DNA from: Balanoglossus misakiensis
Lineage: Eukaryota; Animalia; Hemichordata
DNA: 64,000 nucleotides
Direction of reading: 5' to 3'
Assembly (NCBI GenBank): GCA_040954595.2
Contig: CM082587.2
Coordinates: 2,633,000 to 2,696,999, forward strand
Part shown: positions 28,962-43,863 of the stretch, piece after piece
Layout: every line of letters begins with the position of its first letter
Numbering within the stretch: position 1 is the first letter of the stretch
The notes under the pieces: model-generated
The model's input: only the letters and a program-made list of their open reading frames with translations
Told to the model about the DNA's origin: nothing
The model's database searches: none
Made by a program: the position numbers and the translations under genes

Positions 28962-31900
28962 TCACGTGACGCACCGCCGCTGGGACTGGCCGTGTTGCCC
29001 AGCAACAGAGACTCCATGAAATGAACATGAAATATACATTTGATGTATATATTTTGAATACTTTCCCACAACTCTCACGTGTTTATTCAATTAATTTATT
29101 GTACTCGATGTCAAACGTCTCGTTGTCTTAAAAATGGATAAAAATTTTAGTAGTTTCAATTTTAAAAGCGAGTGAAGAAATGTCTTTTATATTGTACTAA
29201 GTTAGTGAGTTAATGTCATGCGCAGTTATGACGAATCGTTGAATTGGGCCGTTTTGCAAGTGTTGTACAGCTAAACGGGAGAACACTCCTGTTTCATACG
29301 CACTTATAAAAACACGTCTCTAACAAAGACCAAGAAGGGATCGGCAAGTTATTACGAGTTTCTTGTTTGTGATAACAAGACATACCCATGGGCAAACCTC
29401 CTATACTGAGCCTGGACTCGCCGCAAGCTGCGGGCAAGTCCGAGACCGCCATTGTTTCGGGGGGGGGGGGGGGCACGGTGCATGCCGATGTGTCGTTCCG
29501 TCTTGAATAGCTGCCCTCCAACGGGGAAAAACCAATGTGTACGGTATTTGCAACTTCGCAGACACTGCGAACATGCAATGAACTGGACGGGACGGGGGAA
29601 CGAATCCAGCCGCTAAATTCCCGGGACACGCGTCCGACATCCCCGAGTTCACCTCATTCGTACTTTTTAATTTGCGTGTGTAAAGTCTGATCTGATTCTC
29701 ATTGAAAAAAAAGAGAAATGTCTTTACAAAACTCTATTTGTTCGCGCCACCTTATAACAAGTCGCCGGAGGAGTTACAGGCCATCTTTTGTTACCACCCC
29801 CTCCTTCAGAAGAAAAATGGCCCGCGTTTGAAAAGTAAACTCTTTGATTTCGGCGATCGAAACCACTTTAGGATAATCATGGCCGCTTTGGCAAATGTTG
29901 TTCTACATTTATGGTTTACAATACCAACCAATGGGCTTACATTAACAGAGATTTCTATCCCCAGCCTTTAAAGAAATCACACAGAGAGCAGCTTTTCATG
30001 CCCTGAAAAGGCAGGGGAACTACACTATACACTATTTCGTCGAGAGTTTGGCGTTCTGAATAAAACTTAGTATTATTACCCATTCATTGTATATGTTTCG
30101 TACTTGAAAAGGGTATCATTTTAGTATAAAATAAAGCCATTTGGAAAAAAAAGTCGATTTCAGCTTTTTGTCTCTGTTTAAATTGCTTTCCCGTCATTGT
30201 GTTAAGGGTTCCGTTTCTTTGAGAGTTTCTCAGGTGAACGATCGCAAATACACCGCAAGCTTTCTCTTGCTGCTGTATTGCAACTTTCTCACAGAGCTTT
30301 CCATATTGGCTGTGGGGGGAATACAAACGGTCTGAAACATTGTCAATTTGGCGTGTCTAAAGGAAAACACGTGTCGTAGTATATTTGTTTCTCATAGAGA
30401 GAACGACACAGCAAACACGGTCGACCAAAATGTAAATGTTGGGACAAATCAATATATTTAATGAACAAAGGACTGGGCGCTGTTGCGATTCTTTGCGGTG
30501 TTTGGTTAAGCGTCGAATTACCCGAAATTCCCACACCCAGTGTTAACTTTGCAATACGAGGAAAAAAATCCCGTCGACAAACAATAACGGTAAATGTTCC
30601 CAGGGGACCAAAACTGTGCGCCAAAACAACGCGATTTGCTCCTTTGCCCAGAAAGACAGTCAAAAACTTCGCGGCTGAAAACTTTCAGGACCTTCACTTG
30701 TGATACCGGTGTATCCATTTCATCACATCTGATCATCGTGACGGACGTCTCTTTCGAATCGATGATCGGAAACTGTTAACCGCCAAATTATGACCAAATC
30801 GGGGTGGGGGAGGGGGTCTTTCTTTGACCAAACGGCAACAAACACAACCTCGGGTTATTGTGACGAACGCTGTTTATTTTCCCCGCTCACACGGTGTTTT
30901 CTTGATAGAACCCTGAAACGTGGTCCGGAGGCAACGATTCCATGAAAGGGGCATCACAACAAAGCGCTCCTTCAGACTACTTGAGTAATCAAACATGACC
31001 CAAAAACAAACAAACATACACTTTACAGCCAATTAAAAGCGAATCTGTATGTATATACGATAGACCGGTGCTTCCCGAAGTACAGTTCGAAGTTGCTTTC
31101 ACGTTGGTCACATAAGCAGATGATAGGCGCTATAGCTTCGCTTTAAGTGAGCACGACTCCAAAGAATGTGCTGTTTTTGAGATGTCACGACTGTGTGTTG
31201 TGTTTCGTTGTGTTGAGTATTATTCAGAAGAAAAATTAATACAAAATTTCGCCTTTCACTGGCAACCACCTGTTGAATTTGGATAGTTTAAAACCTCGTT
31301 ACAAAGGCGACATACTGGCAAAGCGACCTAAAACGTCCAATGTTTACGGAAACAGCAATCCAGTTGCTATGCACAACATCCGACGCTCTTCCGAGAACCC
31401 TCCAAGTTCTCACAGTCGTCCATCCCCTGACAAAGTTCTCACGAAACGCTACTCCTCCGTCGGTAAATATCCAAAAAAACGCGGCGTTGTTAAACAGACT
31501 GTTTGTCCACGGACACTAAAAGCAAACCACGCGTTCCGGAAATTCATTTCATCGCCAACGAGTGCCGTGGTTTTCCTGTTCGAGATACAGTTCTTTTTTT
31601 CGCCGGGGCCGGCGCAATACCTGATCACCGACGGAAGCGTGCACAACGCCAGAGAGAAGGAAAATCGAACGCCCTACAATGAAAATCTGATTTGTTTATT
31701 TTGTGGCTTGATATGCCGTTTAAATAGTATTAATAAGTTTTTAATGTGATAGTTACATGCTGTGGCCCCGGGCGTCAACACTCCGCTTGTTGCCTTTCAC
31801 AGACTAACGGCGGTCGGTGTGTGCAGTTCTCGTATTTGCTGAAAGTGTGCCCACCCCACCGTGGTCATGCAAACAGCAATCCACTCGCATGGGAAAAATC

Positions 31901-34900
31901 AGGTTTAAAAATTACAGTATGGTTTAACTACTCTTAAAATCATAATAGTTGCACCCTATATAACAATTTACGTTTTTAATGGTCATTCCATGGACACTGA
32001 CGTTGAAACGATCTATAATTTGGTCTGGGCTTTGGAGAAATGTTTTAGCGTTGGGGGTTTTCACAGACATCCTATTGATTCAAAGTTGTCCGTTAAACCA
32101 AAACGCATAATTTAACGCTACAGTACATTACTTTACTGTAACATGTAAGAAGTTAGACAACCTGTTCTGTCTCTGTCTCTCTCTTATCAATTCTTCCATT
32201 CATTTTATTCCGTTCGATTCTATTCTATTTATTTCTAAACAACAGCATTCGATCCATGATCACACATTCTATCATGTTTCGATCCATTGTTTTCACACCA
32301 CTATGCCTTAATGGAAAGCAAACGGAATCAATTTGGAACAAAAACAATCAGTCACACTCATATTTTGGAATTATCGGTCTGCCCTCATTCCACACACAGA
32401 GGAAATGGGAAAAGCGTTCCTACAAAACGAAAAAAACCAACGCAGTAACTAGTCGTTTGAAATTGTCAATTCTGTTCCGCTTATCGCCATTCTAACTCAA
32501 CTGTTCCAGCAAACAAGTCGATAACTCTAGATAAACAAAATCATAATGAGCCACGTTCATCATAGATTTCCAATTCCTAGAATCATACACAGCATAGCCT
32601 TTATCGACGTACTGAATTATAAACAAAGTGTTCTGGGTGATCTGATTTGGCATTTCAATCGCGGAAGAATTGTTAATGTCTTTTTCCCCTAAATGATCTT
32701 AAACGAAAACATTTATTTCGAAGTCGCATCCCCATCTAAGTTTAATGAAACGAAAAGATAATACGGAAGGGCAGAAAATTAACATTGATACCGTTAATAT
32801 TTCAGATTATTTTAATAGAATTCGCAACGGGTGATTTAGGTATGTTTTTTATTGATATGCAAAGAGACGAGCGGTGTGTACTTTCATATTCTGCCCCCAC
32901 AAGCCGCGATGCCGGCTGGCGGTGATAGAAACCGCCGTTGAAAATTAAGACCCTGCGTGGTCGCGTCAGAAACGTGATCAACAATGCTGATTAACAAACA
33001 TGGAGTGGCGTCGAAATTTCCCGCTGTCAAAAAGTACGTGCGTTATTTATCTTAATGCGCAGTATTTACCTTTATACAGAGAAAAATTCCAAATGTCAAA
33101 AGCATCAAACTTGTAACACTATATTTCACAATTAAGCCCTGAACAAACTGTTTTGTGAATACTTGAGAGTGTATAGATTATATAAGAGACGTCATTAATG
33201 CCTTTGTGAGCGAGAGGAAGAGAACTACCCGAGGCAAAGCCTACTTAGAGTACCCAACAGTCTACTGTTAAGTGTCGATAGACTCAGAAATCATAAAGTT
33301 GCCAATTATTGACTAAAACCCCGGGGAATGAAGTGATATAGGCCCGAGGGTACGGTCAATAATTCTTTGTGCGATGTAGTCCGTTGCAGTTAAATAGAGT
33401 GATAAGGCTCTTTAGTGACACCGTTTCACTACCTCTATTAATTTTTCACATGTGTTGACAATCTAATTCTAAGCTATCTTAGGGGCATGTAACTTAGAAT
33501 GCCTGTTTATCGAGTTGTGCTTCTCGCCAATTCCGTCTACACAATCTCTTTCAGAGCGCGACTCGAGCAGTGTAAAAAACACTGAATGTAAACACACGCG
33601 TGCGCGGCAGTGCTAATCGACGCGCAAAACACTCATAACTACTTTCCACAAAATTAATAGCACGTTGACGCTCACATATCCAAACTTATATTAAATTTGG
33701 GACGGCAATGTATTAATTATTCGAATCTCAAAACAGCAATAATGTCACCCCTTAATTGAAAAACACTCCATCTTAATCCAAATTCCATTTTAGCATCAAA
33801 TTTGCATCTTAAATATAGACTCATAAATCCACGGAAACACCTTGAAGCTAATTTGGGATATTTTTCTCTCTGTAAAGAATGACACATCAAAATTATCTAA
33901 CGGTAATATAAGAAAAACCGAAACAAGTATTTAAATATTTCACAAAATGCTGCAAAAATGGGATTTTACGTATCTTGGGCGCAAGGACGTGATACTGGAG
34001 GATGACGAACTTGTGAGTTTATAGCCGTGTCTTAAATTGGCAATAAGCGTGGAAATATTTGAAGAAAAAACGGTGTCGGGAAGGAAAATTGAGAAATAAA
34101 GATGGCGGCCAGGCACGGAGGTCAAGCGTTGTCAAGACCCATGAAACGGCTATAAACGGCAGGAACGTGTGGTTTACCTCTGTGAGTTGTCGTCGTGGCA
34201 AAGTGACGCCGATAACCGAGCTCTGCGCGTCTTTTATCAGCGTCCTTATATCTCCATTAATGTTTCAAACTGACGGCGGATGGCCACTTCTCTTCTTGAA
34301 TGCGCAAACAGGCTGATTTATCTCTACTGAGCGTCCTGAGACCCGAGCTCAGTTGAATGCCGTAAATGCGATCAATTCGGCAGAAAATTCATAATTAACT
34401 TAGTTTTCCTTCCAAGAAACGGGGTACATTTTTCTCTTTATTTCAATTTTCCTCCTCTCCGATCGCCACACAGCGGTGATCAATCTTTCTTTCCCGCGAT
34501 GACAGCCGCGTCTGGAGTCATAAGATCACCTTTGAACGGCTGGGGCGCTCTGAGCGCCGATGGTGGCTCGCTTTACGACGTCCGTCACGTTATCGCGAAT
34601 ACACTTCCGACTCGAACAGACAAGACACCCCGCCAACTTAAGGAGCGAATACACGGACGTGATGGGGGTGGGGGTTGATATTATTTGACAAAGTTGACGT
34701 ACCGACGTGTCTTAACTGTCTGTGAGAGATCGCTTTACGAATAACTCTATCGCCTTGAAAGAAGTGTAGTGTTGAGAAACATGGACAATCGAGTTATTGC
34801 CAATGAATATATTACTCAGTAGCTGTGAAAGTACACTGTGATAGTACAAATTTGACCCCTTCGTCCGCTCTGCGTTTGGTGAATAATTATGTAAATTAAA

Positions 34901-37900
34901 CACATCAGCCAGGTGATGCGATCGTTGGTTACATAAGTCTATCGATCAGACCATGGGGTCAATCGAACAAAAGGATGGGTTTGGTAAACGTCATAGCAAG
35001 TTCGCAGTATAGCCAAAACGCATGGATGCGGTGTCATTTCAGACAGGTGACATCGATTCTATAATTGGCTTGTACTGCTAATAACACGGCGAGTCTTAGT
35101 GGCCTCCAACCCTTACTCCATATCTGCTACGATATATAAGTACCAAACTTTACTATGTTCACTTTCTTGGGAAGTGAAGAACCGGCCCGCCCCAAAACGC
35201 ACAGAACGTAAATTGCCCCAATATAAAATATATGTCTATTTCACACTTTGCTGCCGGCAAATGTTCTTCGGGAAATGTACACGAGAATTAAAAAAAGAAA
35301 ACGGCTTTGTGAGGCAGAATAGGCGATGATTTCTTCTCTGTAATTACAAAGTTCTTCCACTCGCAATAAACGGATTTCAGGCTTTAGAAATCTTGAAAGA
35401 TTCCACGGTACTTATATACGAGTAGCATTTATAGAAAAGATTGGAGGGGGATTTGGGTAATAAGAGATATGTGGGGATTTGCCGAGGAGTCTATCGTAAT
35501 GGATTTTTATTGTTTGGATTGGATTGCTTTCCGCTTCAGTCCCCAGCATTTGGATGGCTTTGCCAACTGCAAATTATGTGACAGAAGAATTCATGAATAC
35601 CGCCATGTCGATTTCATTGGGGATGTACATTTTAATATGACTGAAAATGACATCTTTTCCGAGACGAGATGCGAAGCAATAATATTTATACGCTTTTTGT
35701 TCACACTCGCCCAGGCATATTTATCGCGCTGTGAATCGCTGTCCGTCGACAAAAGGTTTTAATTTCGCAATTTAGGAAGGAATCCGTTGGTTTATTCGAC
35801 GGAAACAAATCAGCGTAATTACAGAGTGACGTGTGCGGATAGATATACATACATAATGTCTCAAGAACTTTGCCGCGGAATTCTGTCACTGTATTTTTTT
35901 TTACTTTCGCAATAACAAAAAATATGAGTAAAGATATTCCCATCGTACCGCAAGAGGCGCCGCCGATCCTGCCTCGGCGTTTCCATCGTCAAATTTTATG
36001 CGTTGACGTCACGCGAACTTAGGTACAGCAAAGAGTAGCAAGATTTCGAGGACTTTCTTACGAAAATCCAAATATGACGTATCTGTCATTCAAAAGATAA
36101 GTGACAACAATCCTGGCTCTCACAACAGAGGCTTAGCCAAATAACCCTAAATGTGTCACTCTGGGTCAATCTTGACGGACACAGCACGCATGCTAGTAGG
36201 GTACGCTCACTCAAGAAGAAAGACGATCAAATTGCAGGAGTTGTGTCTAAAACCACATTCCTTCACATAACAAAGTCCACAACAAACTTTGTGGCAGAAC
36301 TGAAAGACAGTGCAGCTCATACATCAAGTATGCTATGCCTCCAATGAAGAATGTTGTGTCCGTACCCGAAACACAACACAACACAACACAACAAAGTTCC
36401 ATCTCTGCATCACGGGAAAATTAATAGACAGGGGCTATTATTGTATTTCTTGGCGAGATCTCCGCATTTACGTCGACTTGGCCTGTAATTGGCAATTCGG
36501 CGAGAGTCGTTTATGTCGAGTTTTTCTATTTAAACGCAATTTCCGTCCCTTCTCTCCCATTTCCTGCCGGAAAAATTGCATCGCTTAATCATTCAAGTCC
36601 TGAGACGTGATTCCCGTAAAAATTGTGTCCGTCGGCTTAAGAGTCGGAAGTGCCAGGTCGGAGCGCACAGTCGCAAAGTGCAGGCGATCTTAGAATAGGG
36701 GGCTGCCGTTGTGAATTACGACCAATGGGTCTATTAGGGGTGGCGAGGGGTCAGTCTTTAATTTCAACAATATTGAGTATCAATAAAATATGCTATAGAA
36801 CTTGTCAGAGAGGGGTACCCAGGGGAGGGGGCGAGGGTCACGCGGAGATTACAACGCGATATCGCAAATCAACGGTTTGTGTTTTTTGATCGGATGTTAT
36901 TCAGTGTTTTCAAGGGACAGATAGACAGCGGGAGCGCCAACTCCGGGGAATTGGAGCAAAAAAATAGCGGCCGGGAATACTAGACGAGTCGTCGGTCGAA
37001 CATCAAGGAACCATGGCACTGCCGTGGAGAACGCGCGGACTTTCTTGCATCTTGAAAGACGCCGGGGTGTGGAGGAGCGCGCAGAAATTTACATAGCGTT
37101 CGATGGCTACGATGAAGAGGGCAGCGAGATCAGGACGATCGTTATCTCGACTAATGCGGTTGCCAATCACGCCGATTTGTTACCTATCTACATTGAAATT
37201 ACGTCTGTTCTTACACGATACCCCGGTATTATCTTCTCTTTTTTATTAGATGAGTGAGTGACACTAGAAATTTGATGTACTTATCCTTGATTGCTTATTG
37301 ATTGCCACTTTATTTCTTTCGAAAGTGAAACCCTTTGTGCGCAAGCACTCCTGGGAACGCTATGAGAAAGGTAGAGAAGGGGAGTTCAGATTACATATGA
37401 AAAATGCCGCGGACCTTTGCAATAACCTTAGCTGTCAGACTAGCTGAAACACGGACAGCGAGAGCTGTAGCCTGAAAACGTTTTCCTGATTGCAACTAAT
37501 GGAAGGCATTTTAGTTGAAAACGGAAAAACCGGTGGGAAAAGGCGCTGTCAGTTTTAAGCGGATAATCCTCCGGTGCGGTGCGTATTATTGTTGGTGATC
37601 TGATGGAAATCTAATGCCCCGATAGAAGCCGGTGATAGACACGTTCAATGCGATCCGCTGTTCCTCGCATGATTGTGCCGGGGCCCAGTGCGGCTATCTT
37701 TAATTAGAGTACCGTACGAGGTATAAAAACACGGCCGCGATGATGTAGTCCATTAGAATCAGAACCAGCTCGCGCCCGTCCCGCCGGGAGTGCCATTTCA
37801 AGCGTTGCGAAGCCTTTGCCGCGAGGCGCTCCCGAACCACCTCCTCCAGTTGCATGCCGGTCACGCTGATCGCCCGTTTTCTCGCCCATGTGATGCATCT

Positions 37901-37983
37901 CCCAGCTGCAACATGAGAACTTATAATGATACGAGTCCACTCATGAAAAATTCAACGATCGAATAATAAAAAAGACGTGCTCT

Positions 37984-38016
<33 letters not shown>

Positions 38017-38760
38017 TGGCCAATTTTGTCCGTTGAGTTTTAAGGCCGCGCGAATTTGAGTGTCCAGACACGGAGATTTTCTTGCAATAAATCGTTTGGG
38101 GACTTTTTGATAAAAAATAAAATTTATTTGGAGTCAATTATGAAGGGATAATTTGTGAAGCTAACTGGAAAATAAACCTGCGATAAGACTTATGTTCGGT
38201 TTTAAGAAAAGCACAAATTGAGTTCACATAACAAAACACGGGTTCTTTTGTAGCCCTGACTGAAAACTGTCCAAGACGCGCATATGATGTGACACTGCCA
38301 GAAACGCTCATGAATATTCAGCTTTCCGAATGACTTTACTATTTTTTCAACCGTCCAAGTTTTACATCGGCGGTTGTCTTTGTTTCAAGTCTCAGTCCAC
38401 TGACTCGCACACACTGTGACTAAATGAGCCCAGTCATTCATAAAGTTTCGACATTTTCGTAGCTTTTCTGTTCCGATAAACTCTAAACCGATGACGGACG
38501 TGACGCACATAGACAAGACGCGCGTGTGAGTCACATGCAAATGGACGGGAAAAGAATCTGAGAGTTTTGGCTGTCGTTCAGGTCAACCGAAGGGTTAGTG
38601 TGTAATTTACCCGAAGAGTGCTGCCAAACTTGTTATTGAAAATGATTTGTATATAATTATTGGAAACCCGGTACTTTAGTTATTCATAATAGTCTGTGAA
38701 TATTAAGAACTCAGACTTGTGGTTTGATGTTACTTATTGTACTTTTCGCCTCATCATCAT

Positions 38761-38953
38761 CTCCAAGCCGGCGAGGAACAGAACAGCTCACACGGGCAAG
38801 TCCAAATTAGTAGCTACGCCGCAACACAACGTGCGGGCTTTTTATATGGGGAAAATAATGAATGCACCACACCTGGTCACGCAAATATTCAAATTACGAA
38901 AGTAAGCGATAACACACCTGGTCACAAAACAACAGCAAACTTCTACGTAACAA
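38761..38953 (+). repeat. Noncoding element, copy 2 (homologous to 15003-15186)
   Basis: Same ordered blocks as copy 1, same orientation; CACCTG at 38870-38875 and 38915-38920. Confidence 0.7.
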
Positions 38954-41900
38954 TTGTTATCATCGTCATCACACCTCCTTCGAGGAAACAAAGTTCATAT
39001 TCCCCAATGAAAGTTTGTCTTTTAAGTTGCAGAGAGGGATGTGGCTATAAACACGGTGATTTAAAGCCCGAGCAAACTCTTCAAAAGGGCAATCGATGAG
39101 CCATGGTCGACCACGGCGTCGTCTGTATCGCCAATTAGACAAGCTCATCCTCAGTCTCCGCACATGAATTCCCCGCAGAGAGCATCTGCCACGATCGATG
39201 TATACAGTTGCCTAGTTGCTGCGAGAGTCTTGATAATGACCTTTCGGGGAGAACTTGAGAAAAATCGAAGAAAATGCTGGAAGGGACCCCGATGGTCTTC
39301 ATTACAACGGCGCAAATTGGAGCGAGCACCAAGTAACGTCAACGTTGTGGCGTTAACTCCCTTCCCCATTCTTCCACGCCAATCGGTGTGATGGTCGTTA
39401 ATCATGAGTCAAGACCTCAACAAAAGTGCAAATATGGGGATAATCGCAGTGGTCAGTGTACTTCAGGAGTACACATGTATCACTTCAGCAACGCAGTCCC
39501 CGTGAACCTTTAAAGTTGACATCGAATTGTTCAAAATGTTTTTTGTGGTTACAATTTTGAGTTAAAGCCTGAACTTTAGCACAACCTGTCAACGGATATC
39601 AATCGTGGGATGCTCCGGTTAGCTAAATAATGCCAAGTATCCACCCTCGCAAAGTGCAGGGGTTTTACCGTCACATTGGACATCATTTGAATTCCACAGA
39701 CAGTTAGACGAATCTGTCGCTGCTGTTTAATATATTAATGACGATATTTGAAAGGTACACGTCGATCGCCGACGCGAAGGTGTGCGGGACAAGCCCGGTC
39801 ACCATTTGCAGGGAATCCGGGGTCGTTCGGAACTCATCACTCCGTGATGCGGGGATGATTCCGCTGTCGTCCCGCGGATCATCTCCGCTGAGATCGCTGT
39901 CACATCGCGGTATTATCGCACAGACTGTGACCTGTCTCCCGAGAGTTTCATGGCGAAGATGTCGCATCGACACATCAATTCCAATAATCTCTCAATTATA
40001 TCTCCATAAAGCATCTCGAATTTGACATGTCTGAACGAAATGGCCCTCTCATTTTTTACTGCCCATACGCTGCTATGTTTTAGTAAGTAGGAATCGATAG
40101 TTTCTGGGGTTACACTCTTGGAATTCTTCCTAGTTCCACGGTGAAGCTCAAACAACCACGCCCTGGCAAATACATGCATATTATACCCACTGTTTGCATA
40201 ACGCACGCGCTCCTCGTGGATGCTGCTGCACGTGGGATAACTCGCACGAACCTCACTTTCTGAAGAACTCAGAAAATGCGCACGAATTAACCTTTGTTCT
40301 TATATTTTTCTATATAACGAGTCTCTCCAGCGGGGTGAACTTGTGTTTTGCTGGACGTTCTCGCGGACGAATCTGACATGGTAACAAGGCAAAGGCGCGT
40401 CTCCCAAGGAGGGGTGCGGTTAAGTGTTTCAAAGTGGAGAACCAGTGAAAAGGCGACACTTTTTTCCCCTTCTACGTTTCTTCATTATAGTACTGCGCGT
40501 GTACGTTTCATCAATCAGATTCTCGGCAATCATCATCCTTATTTGGGAGAATTTCAAGGAAACGGGATTGGGGGGGGGGGGGGGTGCTGCTCTAATATGT
40601 ATACCCGCCCTGAGTATAGCATGCACAGAAGGCTATCTACTGTTTGATCTTAAACACTGTAAGCTGTAATGAATACACGTGAGCGATTTAACAATATTGA
40701 AACACAACTTTAGACAAATTCAACGACGGTGCTTTGATCTTTCCCGAACTAAACCCGAAACCAGACCTATCATGGGCTAGTTCTATAGATTTAAGTTCTC
40801 CGGTAAGGTGATACGCTGTTTATGTAATATTAAGAGGGTTTTTTTATCGAAAGGTAAAAAATCGAAAGGAAATAAAGGTAAATGCAAAAATACATCATGC
40901 GACAGGCAGTTGGTCGCGGGGGATTTGACGACTCGGGGAATCTGTTGTCAAATTAGAATATTTGTCGTCACGATCGAAGGGTTTAGATTGACTGATTCCT
41001 ATCTGAGGATTTTAATGAGTGCCGTTTTCGACAGACTAGCCCGAGATGATGCACATTTCACTTTGGCAATCCGACATCGCCGGGCACGTCTCCCTCGACG
41101 CTCATCGAGTTGTGCGATCGGCGCCGCGGTAATACGCGCGTCAGACGGGGCGAATCGCGCGCCGTACGCACGGGCTTTTCTAAGGATGAAAAATAGCCCC
41201 CCCCCCCCCCCTCTCCTCTACGCTCATCTCTCGGTAATTTCTGTCCTTTTTAGAAGGGTGTGTTTAGAGCGACGGTGTTTTGGGATTGTAAGCAAACTTG
41301 GGAAGGCACGCACGCGTAGTAATAATAATATTTGAATGCCGTGTCATTAGTAAGTCCATCATAGCCGGTCGCCAGGGGGGTTATTAGCGGAGTATTAAAA
41401 TACCACCCCATATACCCCCAATCAGCTCGATAGCTAATTCTCAAATAATTCTCCACGCAGATTAAATATCACGGTGAAATATGACACAGACATCAACCCG
41501 TGCTCCGTAGCGCCGGGGTGTCGTTAATTTCTATAAAATGGTGTCATCAACTGGGCCATTTTGCACGTTTATGGTCGATGGCTTCGGCATCTCAAACAGC
41601 AGACGCTGGTGGCGGGCGAGAAAATGGGCAAATTTGCTCTGACAACCGTGTTTGTTCGCCGAGTCGCACATTTTGCCATTAGTTGTGGTTTCCAAAGCAA
41701 CTAAGTTGAACTGAGTCCCACCGTACCAAATGTTCCCCTTTCCTCATTTCGGAAATATTCAAAGTGAATACAGCCTGCAATTTTGGAATCGATCCGATTG
41801 GGGGTGGGCAATGGAATAAATTAAATAAAGGAGAGAATGTGTAAATATTCGAATCTAAACTGTTAAATTTACTATCATCAAATTTCCACGGGTCCTACAC

Positions 41901-43709
41901 TCACTGATTTTATTGCGGCGCTTAGCGAGAACGTTTCGCTTGTGGTGGCGAGTTCTTCACGGTTCACGGGGATTATGAAATTACATTAGCGGGAGGGGGC
42001 GAAGTTTGGCGGGTTCATCGCAGAGATTGTCGCTCGCATAAAACCTCTCGGAGCGTGAAGTGGCGTGACGAACCCGCAGAGGACGCGCACCCCGCCGGTG
42101 TACGCCGGCGGAATGTTGACAGGGCCGTCGGCAGTCATTACGTCACCGGCCGATGGTGGTGTCGTGCTGAACAAGAGTGATGTAAAAGCCGTGTCGTAGG
42201 TCACGCCGTCGGGGCGACCATAAAACGCAGGGTCGGCCTGTTTCAAATTAACAAACATCGGAAATGTGTAACATGCGTGTGAAGGAGACACTCAAAGTCG
42301 CGGCAAATTGTGCGACTTGGAAATTGACGAGGCGAATGAGCATCCCCGTCGATCGGGTCGAGTGAAATGACAACTGAAAACGAAAGCAGAAGATCTGAGT
42401 TGTAGCGAAATGTGAAATCGACATAGCTGACACTGCGTTATCAAAAATTGACGCCGGAAATCGACAAGGCGATGTGGACGACGTCACAGCCATCGCCAGG
42501 TGCCTGACGTTTACCTTGGGACGACAGGACGGTCGTCGGTCAACCGAGAAAAATTCATTACCCCAGGAAAGTGGAAAGATAATTAAAGTGTTAATTAACG
42601 GGGTTTGTTTTAATCCAGGTGTGTCCCTGGCGCTCTAAATGGGGCAATCCACACATCGTTTATACGCAGTTTGACAGATGAGCAGACAGTGGCGACGTAT
42701 AAGAAATTTTAAATCCCAGCTGAAATGGCTCGACACACACACACGTCTTCAATTCAAAGAAATGTCAGTTTCAAGGCCCACTTTGATTTTATTTACGCCG
42801 TGCTAGCTGCTGGAATTATCGCTGCTCACACAGTGCCGCGCACCATTAATATTTCAAAGTCAGTCACTTTCTGTATAATTCATGTTCCGGCAAATAGCTT
42901 CACTTCGCACCTTCCAGCGATTGCTGCTAAAACTCTTCAGAAAAATTCAGTCACTGATCAGCGACTGCCACTGAAGATTTGTCCCCTCAAACCACTATTT
43001 ACAGTGACTGCACGGTCGCATTTTACTATCACGCAAATCATTTCTGTGAAATGCCATTTTTTCTAACGGCTGAAATCTGGACACGCACCGGCTTCGACAG
43101 ACAGCACGCGGGACCCCCCCCCCCCCCGATATACAGCTGTCTCCCTTTTTCTCTCTCGAAACCAGCGATGGAAATTGCGCATCAGCCGATCCTGCGACCC
43201 CCGACCCATGACCCGACCTCTTGTATTTCAGTTGGTTGGGAGTTGTTTATCAATTAAGCACGCACGGCTTGGCCCATTTTAGCGTTTTTTCGTCGCTAGT
43301 GCGCTGCGTAGGGTTGTCTGAGCACATCACGGCGGAGACCGCTGATCAAAGGCCGTCGAAACATGACGGTAAAACGCAAACTTTAAAGTAAAAGAGCTGT
43401 TGGAACGGACACCCCCAAACACACGCTCCTGAAAAAAAAGTACCCGGATGCACGAGCCAGCTTGTGCAGAAAATATTTGGTGAAAAAAAACCGAGGCGCT
43501 TCGATAAAATGTTATCTAGCCGCCGCGGGGGTAGGAAGTTCCGATTCTGCACAGCATAGAAGCTCCAACGAACACTGCCCTATCGGCAGAATCTTTTCAG
43601 GTAAAAAAAAGAACTGCGTCGAAATACTGTGACGTAAAACGCGGATGTATTAGACGCAAGACACGACCTCCTTAATCCCGAATTGTACAAATGCACCCTC
43701 AAATAAGGC

Positions 43710-43863
43710 TCATTTGTGCTTCGCTGAAATCTTGGGTTTAGTTGACTTCTTCGCGCTTCTGTTCAGCACCAGCTGGCTAGAATCCAGACCACTGGAGAAT
43801 TCTGAAACTCTTGTCAGCTTCGCTCTCTTCGTTCCGTCTTTCTTGTGGGGACTGGTGCCTGGC
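43710..43863 (-). CDS. DDX31: DDX31 exon 15 (terminal coding exon)
   Basis: Strong acceptor (tctctgtatttctttctaccttgcag); phase 2 matches exon 14; Lys-rich tail (R)PGTSPHKKDGTKRAKLTRVSEFSSGLDSS...KHK*. SEFSSGL resembles the SE(F/Y)SSG motif I recall from metazoan DDX31 C-termini. Confidence 0.82.

Noticed and set aside
39704-39973. ORF containing VTVCAIIPR, reminiscent of LINE ORF1 SGNH esterases
   Set aside because: Only one short motif; no flanking GDS, GxND or DxxH blocks.
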